A stretch of 64,000 nt of DNA from a virus (IMGVR_UViG_2904156775_000002:11714-75713), one strand, 5' to 3'; positions 39,901-50,040 are shown, counted from the stretch's first letter. The notes: generated by a model not told the origin, from the sequence alone. Program-made: numbers and translations.

Positions 39901-40722
39901 TTAATAAAGATAAGTGTGTCTGAAAATAAAATCGACCGTGAGATTGGCTCCGGTCGCTGAAATCGTAATTTTATTTTCCCCTTCAATAAGTCGAGGAAAC
40001 TTGCCCGTTGCACCGCTCACTGCACTAATTCCATTCTTGAGGATCGTTTGCTCAAGCGGAGCACAATTGATCTCGACTACATCATTAGCTGTCATCACGG
40101 TGTTTATCGTTAGTGATTCTGATGTCGCCGTATTGGTGATCTTAATGTTGGACCCGCTTCCTCTCATTCGAATGACAGGAAATGCTTCATGTGTTCCAGC
40201 GTGATATATGAGTTGAGACTTAGGCGATGTTGTAACTCCGAAGGAATAAGTATCGCCGTAACGTAAACCCATTCCAAACAAATAATTTTGCCCATATTCA
40301 AGCATTTGATGGGATTCCAATACACTTTCGGAGAAAGGATAGAAAGCCTTAAAGGGCAGAGTAAAGGATCCAAGAGACGCTATTTTTTCGATGGAGATTG
40401 TGCCATTGTACTTAGCCATCCACCGTTTACCCGGCATGCGGTCCAATACAAGCGGCTTGCTGCCCAGGCGAGCGTTGAACACTTTGGCTAATCGTTGCAA
40501 GGCTGCCTGATACTCAGACTCATCCTTTGTCAGCAATTCCACCGTTACTTCAATCATGCGTGGGCCATACCTCATCTCCATATCAAGAGAACCATCTAGT
40601 CCTGGCAAAGACTCTTCCTCTTGAATAGTTTCCGGAAGCAATGGAAGATTCACACCTGTTACAAGCAATCCAAGAGACGCAAAAGAGACGCCGCCATAAC
40701 TAGCCCCGCCATTATCGGTCAT
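39901..40722 (-). CDS. Distal tail protein (Dit)
   Basis: LPGLDGS..YGPRMI, FTLPFKAFYPF, FPRLIEGENKI; directly after TMP. Confidence 0.85.
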   Translation of the reverse strand: MTDNGGASYGGVSFASLGLLVTGVNLPLLPETIQEEESLPGLDGSLDMEMRYGPRMIEVTVELLTKDESEYQAALQRLAKVFNARLGSKPLVLDRMPGKRWMAKYNGTISIEKIASLGSFTLPFKAFYPFSESVLESHQMLEYGQNYLFGMGLRYGDTYSFGVTTSPKSQLIYHAGTHEAFPVIRMRGSGSNIKITNTATSESLTINTVMTANDVVEINCAPLEQTILKNGISAVSGATGKFPRLIEGENKITISATGANLTVDFIFRHTYLY

Positions 40723-43700
40723 ACGGGTCTCTCTCCTCTCGCTATCATTTGCCGTACAAGATGATCCTGCTCGCGATGATAGCTGTTGATATCAGCCTGG
40801 TCTTCTAAGCGAACATCTCCGTTGTTTTCAATAAGCGGCCCATAATAATTGTGATGAACGATCCTCTCTTCGCCAGCTTCTCTTTTCATTACTAGATCGG
40901 TAATCTGTTGCGGCGTCAGTATGACTTCGCCAGCACGCAGAATTGCAGCTATTTCATCCGGCATGAGCATATTGCCCGCTGAGAAGTTGCTCACCCCCGC
41001 GATTCCCCCGGTATGGAAAAGCTTAACACCGTCTTTATACCATTTGCCTTCCTTACTGTTGTAATGTGCACCCAGTTTTTCGCCGAGTTCCTTATTGGAA
41101 TCCGACAGTTTTTGCTTCTGATCCTTGCCTTCGGTATGCCAAGCTTTACTGTTCGCTTCCATCTGAGCAATATCCGCCAATTCACTTGGCGAAGGTCCGG
41201 ATTGCGCCTGTACTACTGCCCCATACTTGGCTGACAGATCCTTCTGGAACTGATCAGCTTCAGCCAAAAGCGTTTTATTGGTGTTCCTAAAAGCAGATAG
41301 TCTATTATCTTCCATCAATTGATAGATTGGGCCAATATCACCGCTAAATGTTTCTGCAGCTATCTTGAGATCTGCATACCAGGACTCAATATCCTTCTTC
41401 TGCTTCTCGAATTCTGCCAGCTTGTTGTCTCGTTCTTCCTGCAGTGCGCGTTTACTGTCTTCAATATTCATCTTGCGCAGCTGCTCTTGCAGTTCTTTAT
41501 ACCGTTTTTGTCCTTTTTCAGAGGAAGCAAACTTGTATTTCTCCGCTTCTTCTTCTATGGATTGGCGTTCACGGCCTCGTTCTGACTCATCAATACCTCT
41601 TAGCAGATTATCGTAATGTTCTTCGGTTTTTCTTCTCTGTTCATCCAAGGCATCGAGTTCGGCTTTCCGCCTCTTGTCAATCTGATCCAGAAAGCTTTTG
41701 GTTAGCTCGCTCTGCTCTTTTTTAGCAGCTTCCACTGCATCTTTTGCTGCTGCTTCATCAAGTCTGCGCAACGCCATTCGGGCCTCATACAAGGCTCTGT
41801 CGGCTTGCTTGTAGTATTCCGTATCAGATGCATAGCGCGAACGAATCCTCGTCCAAGCCTCAAGCTGCATGATGACAATATCGCGTTCTGAATCACCGCG
41901 TTCAGTCATAAGCCGCTTTTCCTTCTCAATCCATTCCGATGACTTATCGAATGACCGCCTGTGTGCTGCTTCCTCTTCCCGTGCCTGTTCTTCTGCCAAT
42001 TCCTTGGCATTGGCAGCTATTTGTTCGGCTACTCTTTGTCGGCGAGACTCCGCATCCATCCATATATCATCATACTTTTTATTTACCTCAGCTAGTTTCT
42101 CAAGCTTATCATGTTCTTGTTGTAGGGTAAGTGTACCTAGCAGGCGTTTCTTTTCCAATAAGTTGAGTTCCGCATCGTAATGTTGTTTCGCAATTTCTTC
42201 TGCTCTAAGCTTTTTGCCGCCTTTTCCAGTTCCCTTGTCGGTACCCTTCTCATCATTTGATGAGATATCGGGTAGATCAAACAATTTAACCCATGTACCG
42301 TTTTCAATCGCAGATAATTCGATTTTATATTGAGATAGATTTGCTTTTAGCGAATCAAGTTGGGTAGTAGCTTTATCAACCAATTTACTTACGGAATTTT
42401 GGTTTACATTATGAATGAAGAGGTCGTTATCCGTTAATTCCTCTGCCCATGGCGCTTTCTGCGGCTCTATATCCATCACTGCAGTAAGTGCTGCAAGATG
42501 TGTCTCAGCAGTGGTAATCGAAGCCTCTGTCGTGCGAATTAACGATTGGCGTTTTGCAGCTTCGGCAGTAAGCGTATACCGCAACGAGTCCTCTTCTGCC
42601 TTAATAATATTCCGGATTAGCTCCTCATTCGTTATCAACAGTTTCCCTTGAGCATCCATTTCGGCATGCAAAGAAGGGTACGTACTTGTCAGTTGTCTGA
42701 CTATGCTAGTGAGTTGACCGTTTTCTTCAGCAGTTAATCCCGTTTTATTGCGTAGCGATTCATATTGATCCGCCAGCTTTTTAGTTTCTGTAATCTGGTT
42801 TTGCTTGGCTGCCGCTTCCTGCAACCCCTCCATACGCATCTCACGTATAGCAGGTCCGGATTCATCGATAGCTTTGTTCATCTCTTGTACAGCAAATTTT
42901 GCATCTGTAGCTGTATATCCCATAGCCTTTAGCTCTTTATCGACGGCTTTCACTTCATCTACCAAATTCATGAGAGCATGCGTGTTTTCGATTGAACCAC
43001 GGCCCTCTTCGGCATCAAGCATGCGTTGATTATACTCATCCATAAGTCTGCTGCGCCGGTCCAATACTTCATTCAATACTTCAATATCTGCCTGCATCGC
43101 CTTAATGTCTTCAACGGTTCGATCAGTTGGAGACTGAGATAGCTTATCATTCAATTCACCTTGCGCAATAGCCAGCTTGTTGACAGATTCAGCCGCAACA
43201 TTGGAAGCAGAGATATAACCAGCAAGTCCAATGCCAGCTAAAGATAACGCCGCAACAACCCATCCAATCGGGCCGAAACTAATACTCAGTGCAGTAGCAG
43301 CTGCTCTTACAGCACCTAATATGGTAATCAGAGACGTAAAACCGGCGATTAACCCAACAATACCAATACCTGCAGCGCTCAGACCGGCAACCAGCTCTTT
43401 ATTGGATTCAACCCACTGCGTGAATCGAACAATGATAGGCATGACCAGCTCCATAAGTTCTTGCAATGCTGGCATAAAAGCTTCGCCAAGTTCCATACGA
43501 GCCATTTCTAATGTATTGTTAAAGATCATCTGCGTGCCTGCGTAGCTGTCAAGCGCCTCTTCTGCATTACCTGCAAATTGAGCAGCATTCTCCAATACGC
43601 CTGTAAAAGCGGCTTGTACCTTCTCGCCTTCTGTTAGTCGGTCAGCTGTGATACCTATTTTTGTTGCATATCGTTCATGCATTGCGGATAAGTTTGTTGT

Positions 43701-44234
43701 TATACCGGCTGATTCGATCATACCGGAATTACCTGATTTTATGCCGGATACAACCTGCCCTATCGCTTCTCCCCATCCGAGATGGGCATCACGATTATAA
43801 GCAGCGGCATTTGCGGTAGCATAGATCAGTTCTCGAGTTTGCTCCAAGTTGAGACCCGACGATAACGCTGTTTGTATAGCAGTCGAAGCCTCCGATAAAG
43901 AAATAAATCCTTTTTTTGCCAATTCCTCAGCAAGGCCTGTCGTTTCCTTAACGCTTATCCCAAGTGTCCTGGCTACTTCTGACATTCCATTCATCGAGAA
44001 TGCTAATTGATTGGCTTCTTCCGTTAATGATTTTACAGTATTGATAAGACCAGAAAACGCTGCTCCTGCTCCCAAAGCTGAAAAGCTCTTTTCAAGCTCA
44101 GCCCATTTATCCTTAGTCTCGCCTGATTCATTCTTTACGCTCTCCAGGAGCTCGCGTACCCGTTCCATTCCTTCCTTGAACTGGTTCATCTCCAGTTCCA
44201 TACGAACTTTAATTGCTTTTATTTCAGTCGTCAA
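40719..44234 (-). CDS. Tail tape measure protein
   Basis: 1171 aa; Ala/Gly-rich core, hydrophobic segment, coiled coil, FHTGGIAG...DEIAAILRAGEVILTP. Confidence 0.92.
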   Translation of the reverse strand: MTTEIKAIKVRMELEMNQFKEGMERVRELLESVKNESGETKDKWAELEKSFSALGAGAAFSGLINTVKSLTEEANQLAFSMNGMSEVARTLGISVKETTGLAEELAKKGFISLSEASTAIQTALSSGLNLEQTRELIYATANAAAYNRDAHLGWGEAIGQVVSGIKSGNSGMIESAGITTNLSAMHERYATKIGITADRLTEGEKVQAAFTGVLENAAQFAGNAEEALDSYAGTQMIFNNTLEMARMELGEAFMPALQELMELVMPIIVRFTQWVESNKELVAGLSAAGIGIVGLIAGFTSLITILGAVRAAATALSISFGPIGWVVAALSLAGIGLAGYISASNVAAESVNKLAIAQGELNDKLSQSPTDRTVEDIKAMQADIEVLNEVLDRRSRLMDEYNQRMLDAEEGRGSIENTHALMNLVDEVKAVDKELKAMGYTATDAKFAVQEMNKAIDESGPAIREMRMEGLQEAAAKQNQITETKKLADQYESLRNKTGLTAEENGQLTSIVRQLTSTYPSLHAEMDAQGKLLITNEELIRNIIKAEEDSLRYTLTAEAAKRQSLIRTTEASITTAETHLAALTAVMDIEPQKAPWAEELTDNDLFIHNVNQNSVSKLVDKATTQLDSLKANLSQYKIELSAIENGTWVKLFDLPDISSNDEKGTDKGTGKGGKKLRAEEIAKQHYDAELNLLEKKRLLGTLTLQQEHDKLEKLAEVNKKYDDIWMDAESRRQRVAEQIAANAKELAEEQAREEEAAHRRSFDKSSEWIEKEKRLMTERGDSERDIVIMQLEAWTRIRSRYASDTEYYKQADRALYEARMALRRLDEAAAKDAVEAAKKEQSELTKSFLDQIDKRRKAELDALDEQRRKTEEHYDNLLRGIDESERGRERQSIEEEAEKYKFASSEKGQKRYKELQEQLRKMNIEDSKRALQEERDNKLAEFEKQKKDIESWYADLKIAAETFSGDIGPIYQLMEDNRLSAFRNTNKTLLAEADQFQKDLSAKYGAVVQAQSGPSPSELADIAQMEANSKAWHTEGKDQKQKLSDSNKELGEKLGAHYNSKEGKWYKDGVKLFHTGGIAGVSNFSAGNMLMPDEIAAILRAGEVILTPQQITDLVMKREAGEERIVHHNYYGPLIENNGDVRLEDQADINSYHREQDHLVRQMIARGERPV

Positions 44235-44239
44235 CTTCG

Positions 44240-44617
44240 TTACCTCCTTCCTACTTGACCACGCAACTGTTCAAATGCACTGCGGTCAAATTCATCTTCT
44301 GGCATTTTTTCTGCCGGGTTCGCAATAAACTCAGCCTGCAGACTCTTAGCCAGCCGTTCATATGCTTGTTGATCAGCACTCTGGCTGACGATAGCGATAT
44401 TTAGTGCTATAAGCCGGTCCTCCGCCTTTGCCTGGGCTATGTACCATAGAATCATAGGCAAATCAATGAGGTAATACTCCGTTTCGAGCGATCGCTGGCT
44501 TACCCCCAGGCTGACTGAAGCTTGTAGAAGAAAATCATCAAGCGTTACACCATTTTGCCGTCGCCCGGTGCCTTCATGCCGAGTCCCAACTGTCCGAGGA
44601 CGGCCCGGAAGTTTTTT
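44240..44617 (-). CDS. Tail assembly chaperone GT extension (reached by -1 frameshift)
   Basis: The -1 frame is open from the A AAA AAC slippery site (44617-44611) to the stop at 44240. Confidence 0.7.
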   Translation of the reverse strand, partial: KKLPGRPRTVGTRHEGTGRRQNGVTLDDFLLQASVSLGVSQRSLETEYYLIDLPMILWYIAQAKAEDRLIALNIAIVSQSADQQAYERLAKSLQAEFIANPAEKMPEDEFDRSAFEQLRGQVGRR

Positions 44618-44955
44618 AATGTGCGCTGCAAATCATTTTTCTCGAGCGTCAAACGAATGAAATCTGTAATTTCGTTCAAATCTGCATGTGACGAAATATA
44701 CTCTGCATCCATATCCGCCAGCACAGCAACCAGCTGGACCATTTCATCCAATGCCAAATTAGCGCCAGCCAGAACCGTTGCAACGAAATCATCCGTATCC
44801 CGATCTGCCAACACACGAATAACGATGGCCGGAAGCGTCTCAATACGTTCAAACAAAGCCTTGTACTTCTCTGGAGTTAATTTTGGAATCTGAACCGTTT
44901 TATCCCCTAGCTGGACACTATCTTGTTGCGATTGACCAAATAATTTTCCTATCAC
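44545..44955 (-). CDS. Tail assembly chaperone G
   Basis: Between major tail and TMP; contains LKN at the slippery site. Confidence 0.8.
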   Translation of the reverse strand: MIGKLFGQSQQDSVQLGDKTVQIPKLTPEKYKALFERIETLPAIVIRVLADRDTDDFVATVLAGANLALDEMVQLVAVLADMDAEYISSHADLNEITDFIRLTLEKNDLQRTLKNFRAVLGQLGLGMKAPGDGKMV

Positions 44956-44987
44956 AGCAATCTCCCTTTCCTTTTGTAAAATAGAAT

Positions 44988-45010
44988 AGACGGCTCATAT
45001 GAGCCGTCTG
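44988..45010 (-). terminator. Hairpin after the major tail gene
   Basis: Palindrome agacggctcatatgagccgtct. Confidence 0.55.
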
Positions 45011-45018
45011 CGTGCCTA

Positions 45019-45558
45019 TTAAACCGATTTTGCGTTCGGATCACCGATACCAAGCAGCAGTCCATTTGTATCTGGGTAGCCTTTGAACGTCACATTCGTA
45101 ACGAGCTCATTGTCATAGGAATACGTGTAGTTCAAAGTTGTTGTTGGCGCTGCTTTATACAAAGTGATCGTATCGTTGGCCGTAGCTGTGGAAGACAGCG
45201 GCTCAATTCTCACTTCTTTAGCATAATCGATCAAATCCACAATTTTGGAAGCATCCACGTCGACGCGTTGCTTAGTAGGATCCGTCTTATCCGTTACCAG
45301 GGTCGAACCCGGAATGACTTTAGCAAGCTTGACCAGATCGTATTCAGCGAACGGCACGGCAAGCGATGCCTTTCTACCTGTAATTATTTCCCGAACTGGC
45401 GTAGTGCCGAATTGGTCGACGACGACTTCACGCATCGTCATCTCGTACGTAAGTACCACGCCGCCTTTCGTTGTTTCAAAAACGACCGGAGTCGTACCGC
45501 CTACGTCAAACGTTACCTTGCATGGACCTAGCTTAACTTTTGTTGTATCAGTTGCCAT
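45019..45558 (-). CDS. Major tail (tube) protein
   Basis: MATDTTKVKLGPCKV...TKGGVVLTYE...DQFG...VTFKGYPD; ATG at 45558 after aggagg. Confidence 0.85.
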   Translation of the reverse strand: MATDTTKVKLGPCKVTFDVGGTTPVVFETTKGGVVLTYEMTMREVVVDQFGTTPVREIITGRKASLAVPFAEYDLVKLAKVIPGSTLVTDKTDPTKQRVDVDASKIVDLIDYAKEVRIEPLSSTATANDTITLYKAAPTTTLNYTYSYDNELVTNVTFKGYPDTNGLLLGIGDPNAKSV

Positions 45559-45607
45559 AATAAAATTCCTCCTAAATGTTGTTTGTGATTTTATCGTATA
45601 AAAAATC

Positions 45608-45985
45608 TTAAAAACGGCTAAGCATAATAGCTGTGAAATTAATGGAATACAACACTCTATGATAATCGTCGAGTCCAAGATAGAGAGGCGCGGATTGGTC
45701 AGCAAATATAGCCAAAATATGTTCATCACCGATCTGACAATCATGGCGGCGATGAAATTCCTCATATATGGTGTTGGCTAGCTTCTCTGCAGCGGGGCCG
45801 TTATCTCCGCGCACTACAATTTGAATGGAAGGTCGACGCTGGCTTGTCCATTGGCTGGGGACAGTACCGCTATGAATTCGTACATAACCGGAATTATCTT
45901 CAGCCGATACCGGAAATTCATTCGGATAATACGTATAAGGCACGACAGACTGTACGAACGCAACTAGTTCAGTTATGGCAAACAC
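45608..45985 (-). CDS. Tail terminator / minor capsid-type neck protein
   Basis: PSIQIVVRG...QSAPLYLGLD...YSINF. Confidence 0.7.
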   Translation of the reverse strand: MFAITELVAFVQSVVPYTYYPNEFPVSAEDNSGYVRIHSGTVPSQWTSQRRPSIQIVVRGDNGPAAEKLANTIYEEFHRRHDCQIGDEHILAIFADQSAPLYLGLDDYHRVLYSINFTAIMLSRF

Positions 45986-45988
45986 ATC

Positions 45989-46390
45989 CTATCTCCACTC
46001 CTTTCCGATTTCTTTTGCAAGATTGTTCACAAAGTCCTGATAGTTTTCCTGAAAGGGACGCTCCAGAAACTTCAGATGTTGTGTTGTGTTTGGATCGCCG
46101 CCAACTTCATGCAAGTAGATGGCACTCTTCTCATCCTGTGCATCCTCGCTACGAATAGCGGCAAAATATACCTCGCCTACTATATTGGAGCCTTCCGATT
46201 TTATATCAATCCAGGACTCAAGGAGAGGCTGGTCTCCGTTGACTGGCGCCAGCTGCTTAGCTTGCTTGTGCAGCTTTTCCATAGATCTTCCGATTTCGCT
46301 TTCAGCAGCGGTTAGCGTAGACCCTAGCATTGAATTCAGAAAATTCTCAACTGCAGAATCGTCATATGTTATTTGGAAAGATTGTGTCAT
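45989..46390 (-). CDS. HK97 gp10-like tail completion protein
   Basis: AKQLAPV...LHE...KFLERPF. Confidence 0.7.
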   Translation of the reverse strand: MTQSFQITYDDSAVENFLNSMLGSTLTAAESEIGRSMEKLHKQAKQLAPVNGDQPLLESWIDIKSEGSNIVGEVYFAAIRSEDAQDEKSAIYLHEVGGDPNTTQHLKFLERPFQENYQDFVNNLAKEIGKEWR

Positions 46391-46707
46391 TTTGCGTGCA
46401 CCACCGTATAGACCGCACTTCCATTCAGCCAGCGTTTGCGTTGGATCTGAACAACATGGTATACACGTTCGTTTTCTAATTCATCCGTATACTTAAATGT
46501 ATGGGAAGCTGAAATGGCAGCAAATCCCTTCAGCCATATTTGGACTGTCGACACAGCTTGTTTTCCGTGCGGGTCTGTTATGACTTCCGTCTGCACTTGA
46601 ATACGGCATTTCAGCATAACAGGATTATCCCAGGACTGTGAATTCCATGGATGATTGCTGCCAGGTGGGCATAACATAATGTTTTGTTTAAGTGGAATCA
46701 ATCCCAT
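46387..46707 (-). CDS. Head-closure / head-tail joining protein
   Basis: MGLIPLKQ...LKCRI...GKQAVS; position in the neck module. Confidence 0.65.
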   Translation of the reverse strand: MGLIPLKQNIMLCPPGSNHPWNSQSWDNPVMLKCRIQVQTEVITDPHGKQAVSTVQIWLKGFAAISASHTFKYTDELENERVYHVVQIQRKRWLNGSAVYTVVHAK

Positions 46708-47097
46708 TTACAGCACCGTCCATTTCAATGCTCGACGAGAGAAAGATGCTTCTGGATTAGCATCTGTAATTAGCCTTAGAACCTTATCGGTTATTAAGCC
46801 GTCAAGTCCTGTCTTAGTTGACTCCTTGTACGTCACTTCTGCAACACCGGTTAATGAGTACGATTGGATCCCATGCTGGCGCAGCCGATTCACATCATTA
46901 AAAGCGATCGCCAATTCGTTCGCATATTCGTAAACTGCTGAATCCGGAATCGTAAAGCCTCGGTAGGATCCGAGAAGCATTTGCTTTGCTGTCAGCAGCA
47001 GCCTTTGCTTCCTTACTTCTTCTGAGTCAAACCAGTCCTCAGAATCAATACATTGCATACGGATATAATCATCCGCATCCAATACTGCAATTGCCAA
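46708..47097 (-). CDS. Head-tail connector protein
   Basis: ADDYI...W...KQRLL..A...IPDSAVYE...GIQSYSL; TTG start after ggagg. Confidence 0.7.
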   Translation of the reverse strand: MAIAVLDADDYIRMQCIDSEDWFDSEEVRKQRLLLTAKQMLLGSYRGFTIPDSAVYEYANELAIAFNDVNRLRQHGIQSYSLTGVAEVTYKESTKTGLDGLITDKVLRLITDANPEASFSRRALKWTVL

Positions 47098-47124
47098 AAT
47101 TATCGCCTCCCTCCGCATCCTCGT

Positions 47125-47622
47125 TTATATGCTGTTTTGTTTAAGCCTATTTTGCGAGGAGGTAGTCAACACAAAAATGTGCTTCTTTTTCAGCAAGGCT
47201 TCAAGCGCCTTCCTCATTCCGACAACTTGCCCGTTTGCATCTACCGAGATTCCCGATTTATCCAACAGCCTATAAGCTTCATCAATCGCCTCTAAACGCA
47301 GATTAGCATGGGCTGCCGCTCGCTTATATTCAGCCTTCTTCACTCTTTCGACAGCCAATTTAACCATGGATGAGGCAATCGCCTCCGCACGTGTGGCAAT
47401 TTCTTTCGAGGCTTTTAGCTCGGCTTGAATACGTATCAATTCTCTCAACGATGCCTTCTCTTGCTCGCATTCAACAGTCAGTTGATCCAACAATGCCGTT
47501 TTTAATGACTCTATCTCGCCGTATTTTTTACGTTCCCGAGCAATTCGTTTTGCAATAATGGCATCAAACTCTTCCTGCGTCAGATTAATGGTATCCTCTG
47601 TAGATTGATTGTGTAAGTTCAT
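47125..47622 (-). CDS. Capsid scaffold protein (possibly C-terminally degenerate)
   Basis: TQEEFDAIIAKRIARERKKY; LDKSGISVD..GQVVG...ALEAL. Confidence 0.7.
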   Translation of the reverse strand: MNLHNQSTEDTINLTQEEFDAIIAKRIARERKKYGEIESLKTALLDQLTVECEQEKASLRELIRIQAELKASKEIATRAEAIASSMVKLAVERVKKAEYKRAAAHANLRLEAIDEAYRLLDKSGISVDANGQVVGMRKALEALLKKKHIFVLTTSSQNRLKQNSI

Positions 47623-47698
47623 CGTATTATCCTCCGTGATTTGCAGCGCCGTCGCGCTTTTCTCCGTCAGTTTAAGGACATGCCGTAGGTCCGGTCGA

Positions 47699-49015
47699 TT
47701 ATTTTATCTGCATGTGTCCCCATTGAATATCGGGGTACTGGGGAGTATAGGATACAAAGCCTGCCGCTCCTTCATTAGCTGTATTATCGAGCACCATTGC
47801 GGTATACAGAGCTTCCTGAAGTGCCCGCTCCAGATGCATACAGATTCGATTAAGCTTAGAGTACCAAGGAAGAAGCAGCGTTTTCAGCGCATCGCCATCT
47901 GTGGCCGCATGATTACCAAGAAATTTGCTATACAACCATTCAGGAAAATCTGATTGCATAAATAGGAGTGAGAGCATGGTATCCAGTTCTTCAAAAGCGT
48001 CCTTCAGCTGTGATTCCCACTTCATATACCCTGGCAAGGGATCATCCTTGCCAACTGGAATATATTTACTGGAAATCCGAAGCTCTTTGGTCCCTATACC
48101 GTCCTCCAGATCGTTTGGTCCGTAGGCTATTGGATCTGCATGTTTCCATAAGATGTAGTCGATATGGGATAATCGGTCATGTATGGCTGCTAATATAGAC
48201 TCCGACTTCTCAATGCCGCCAATGCCTCTCCAATCATCATCTACTGTTTTGTAAGGAATGTGAAAAACCAGCAGCCCATCTGCTCCAGTAGGAACGATAT
48301 CCTCTTCCCTGCCTGTCGGCACTTGCTCAGTTATAGAGTAAACAGGCCTGCTTACACCATAGCTATCCTCTTTCCCGATTAGTTCCAGCTTGAATTTTTC
48401 ATACTGAATATAACCTGGTAGATGACGTTCAACGTGCAAGTAATTGACTTGCTCATTACCGGAACCTACTGATTCTATGCATGTGAGATTTATAGCTCTG
48501 AACCTGTTCTTGTTACGCTGTCCCCCTTCAGGATAAACTGAAGACGCTTGGGCAATTTCCATAATGGCATCTGCCTTTGTGTTAGGTTGAGCCAACGCTT
48601 CCTCTACTAGGCCTCCTAGTTCCTCAGTTACACCATAACTAATCTTGAGCCAGGAGTCGCCGCGAATGCCGCTTCCGGTTACCAGTTCATGAATAAGCCG
48701 CTTCAAATGATTCTTTCGTATCATTCGGTCTAGAGCAGTTTGTGCCGTTGATTCATTGACTCCCTCTACCTTGAATGATATTGTGCTTCCCGCAATCATA
48801 TCCGCTGGCTTTGAGATTAAGGTATCCATTACATTTATGGCTACGTTCAGCTTTGCAAGCTGCGGTTCCAACGGGGTATCGCGCAGCAATTCTGAAATAC
48901 GGCTGTACATGAGACGTCGGCCTTCATAAACTGCTTTGCTTCGTTCATATTTAGCAAGCCGTTCAATATCCTCAGCTGGCGGGAATAAACCGCCGACTTG
49001 AAATTTTTTTGCCAC
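47699..49015 (-). CDS. Portal protein, SPP1 gp6-like (probably C-terminally shortened)
   Basis: FPPAEDIERLAKY, GIRGDSWLKI, LVFHIPY, DRLSHIDYILWKHADP..YGP. Confidence 0.85.
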   Translation of the reverse strand: MAKKFQVGGLFPPAEDIERLAKYERSKAVYEGRRLMYSRISELLRDTPLEPQLAKLNVAINVMDTLISKPADMIAGSTISFKVEGVNESTAQTALDRMIRKNHLKRLIHELVTGSGIRGDSWLKISYGVTEELGGLVEEALAQPNTKADAIMEIAQASSVYPEGGQRNKNRFRAINLTCIESVGSGNEQVNYLHVERHLPGYIQYEKFKLELIGKEDSYGVSRPVYSITEQVPTGREEDIVPTGADGLLVFHIPYKTVDDDWRGIGGIEKSESILAAIHDRLSHIDYILWKHADPIAYGPNDLEDGIGTKELRISSKYIPVGKDDPLPGYMKWESQLKDAFEELDTMLSLLFMQSDFPEWLYSKFLGNHAATDGDALKTLLLPWYSKLNRICMHLERALQEALYTAMVLDNTANEGAAGFVSYTPQYPDIQWGHMQIK

Positions 49016-49117
49016 CTTTCTGCCTCCTGTCGTTAGGAATTCGAATTATTTCGTGAATGGGATAAATGACCTTCATAACGTATAGGTTTGAGAGCAATCA
49101 AAAAAGGGGGATGAATT

Positions 49118-49131
49118 AGAACAAATGTTCT
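49118..49131. promoter_or_regulatory. LexA (Cheo/SOS) box upstream of the portal gene
   Basis: AGAACAAATGTTCT matches the Bacillota GAAC-N4-GTTC consensus. Confidence 0.75.
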
Positions 49132-49193
49132 CTTTTTCTATAATTAATATAGTTATAGGGAAAATAAAAACGCCAACAATGGCGTTCAGAGTG

Positions 49194-49589
49194 TTACTGA
49201 TGCATTAACTCGAAATGCGAACGGCGTCTCTTTGTAGGCTTCCGATAATTCCGTCCGTCAGCTCCCGTTTCCTCTACTGCTTTAAGCCCTGTTTCACGGT
49301 CATGCCGCAGTTTCATTTGCCATTCACTCAGAAAGGGATATTCGTTATGTGCGATTTTATACACATCCGGATCCGACAATTCTTCTTTTAATATATAATT
49401 GCTTAACCGATTGAGCTGGTTAGAGTCAGGGGTATTTCCGGTCAGAGAAACAAAACTATCAATGAGTGCAGCAATTGTGGCAATACGCTTTTTTCTCTCA
49501 GGAGTATGGTATGCAATTATTTGCGTCACAGCATCTTCAAAGCTCGCCTCGGCAACGCCCAGTTTTGATTCCCACTCTGTTAGTATCAT
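49194..49589 (-). CDS. Phage protein partnered with the sigma-like activator
   Basis: QLNRLSNYIL.EEL.DPD.YK....EYPFLS..Q; coupled to the upstream gene. Confidence 0.6.
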   Translation of the reverse strand: MILTEWESKLGVAEASFEDAVTQIIAYHTPERKKRIATIAALIDSFVSLTGNTPDSNQLNRLSNYILKEELSDPDVYKIAHNEYPFLSEWQMKLRHDRETGLKAVEETGADGRNYRKPTKRRRSHFELMHQ

Positions 49590-49975
49590 GAATGTTCCTC
49601 CCCCTCATACTCGACAATCACATGTGCATAATTCCATTGAACAAAGATTGCTGTAATACGTTCTACTCCAGCTGCGACCAGATCCTTTACGCTATCTTTG
49701 CGTATCCCCATCATCTCTGCCGCTGCTTGTTGCGTTGCATCATTTTCATATATCCAGGCGACTGCTTCTCTCTGGCGGTTCGTAAGTCCAGCTATTTGTA
49801 TTGCTGTATTCAAATCGATCAGAATATCTGATGCCGACATATCGCCTCTTCCTCTACGAGCTGAGATTCTATGCTGATCACGAAGCAATTGCTTGACTCC
49901 AGTGGAAGTATTAAGGGCATATTCTTGAGCATATCTTCTTGCGTTTTTCATCATATCCAAGTTGTTCATCCGCAT
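49586..49975 (-). CDS. Sigma-70 region-4 / ArpU-like late transcription activator
   Basis: DILIDL..AI..AGLTNRQREAV...TQQAAAEMMGI helix-turn-helix. Confidence 0.75.
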   Translation of the reverse strand: MRMNNLDMMKNARRYAQEYALNTSTGVKQLLRDQHRISARRGRGDMSASDILIDLNTAIQIAGLTNRQREAVAWIYENDATQQAAAEMMGIRKDSVKDLVAAGVERITAIFVQWNYAHVIVEYEGEEHS

Positions 49976-50025
49976 TTAGTTGTCCCCCGTTTTTTTTAAT
50001 GATTGAACCCACCAACAATAAAAAA

Positions 50026-50039
50026 CGAACTTATGTTCT
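50026..50039. promoter_or_regulatory. LexA (Cheo/SOS) box overlapping the operon transcription start
   Basis: CGAACTTATGTTCT directly downstream of the -10 element. Confidence 0.8.
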
Positions 50040-50040
50040 T

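Noticed and set aside
45559-45765. N-terminal extension of the major tail ORF in the ORF track
   Set aside because: Overlaps the upstream gene; a strong RBS supports the ATG at 45558
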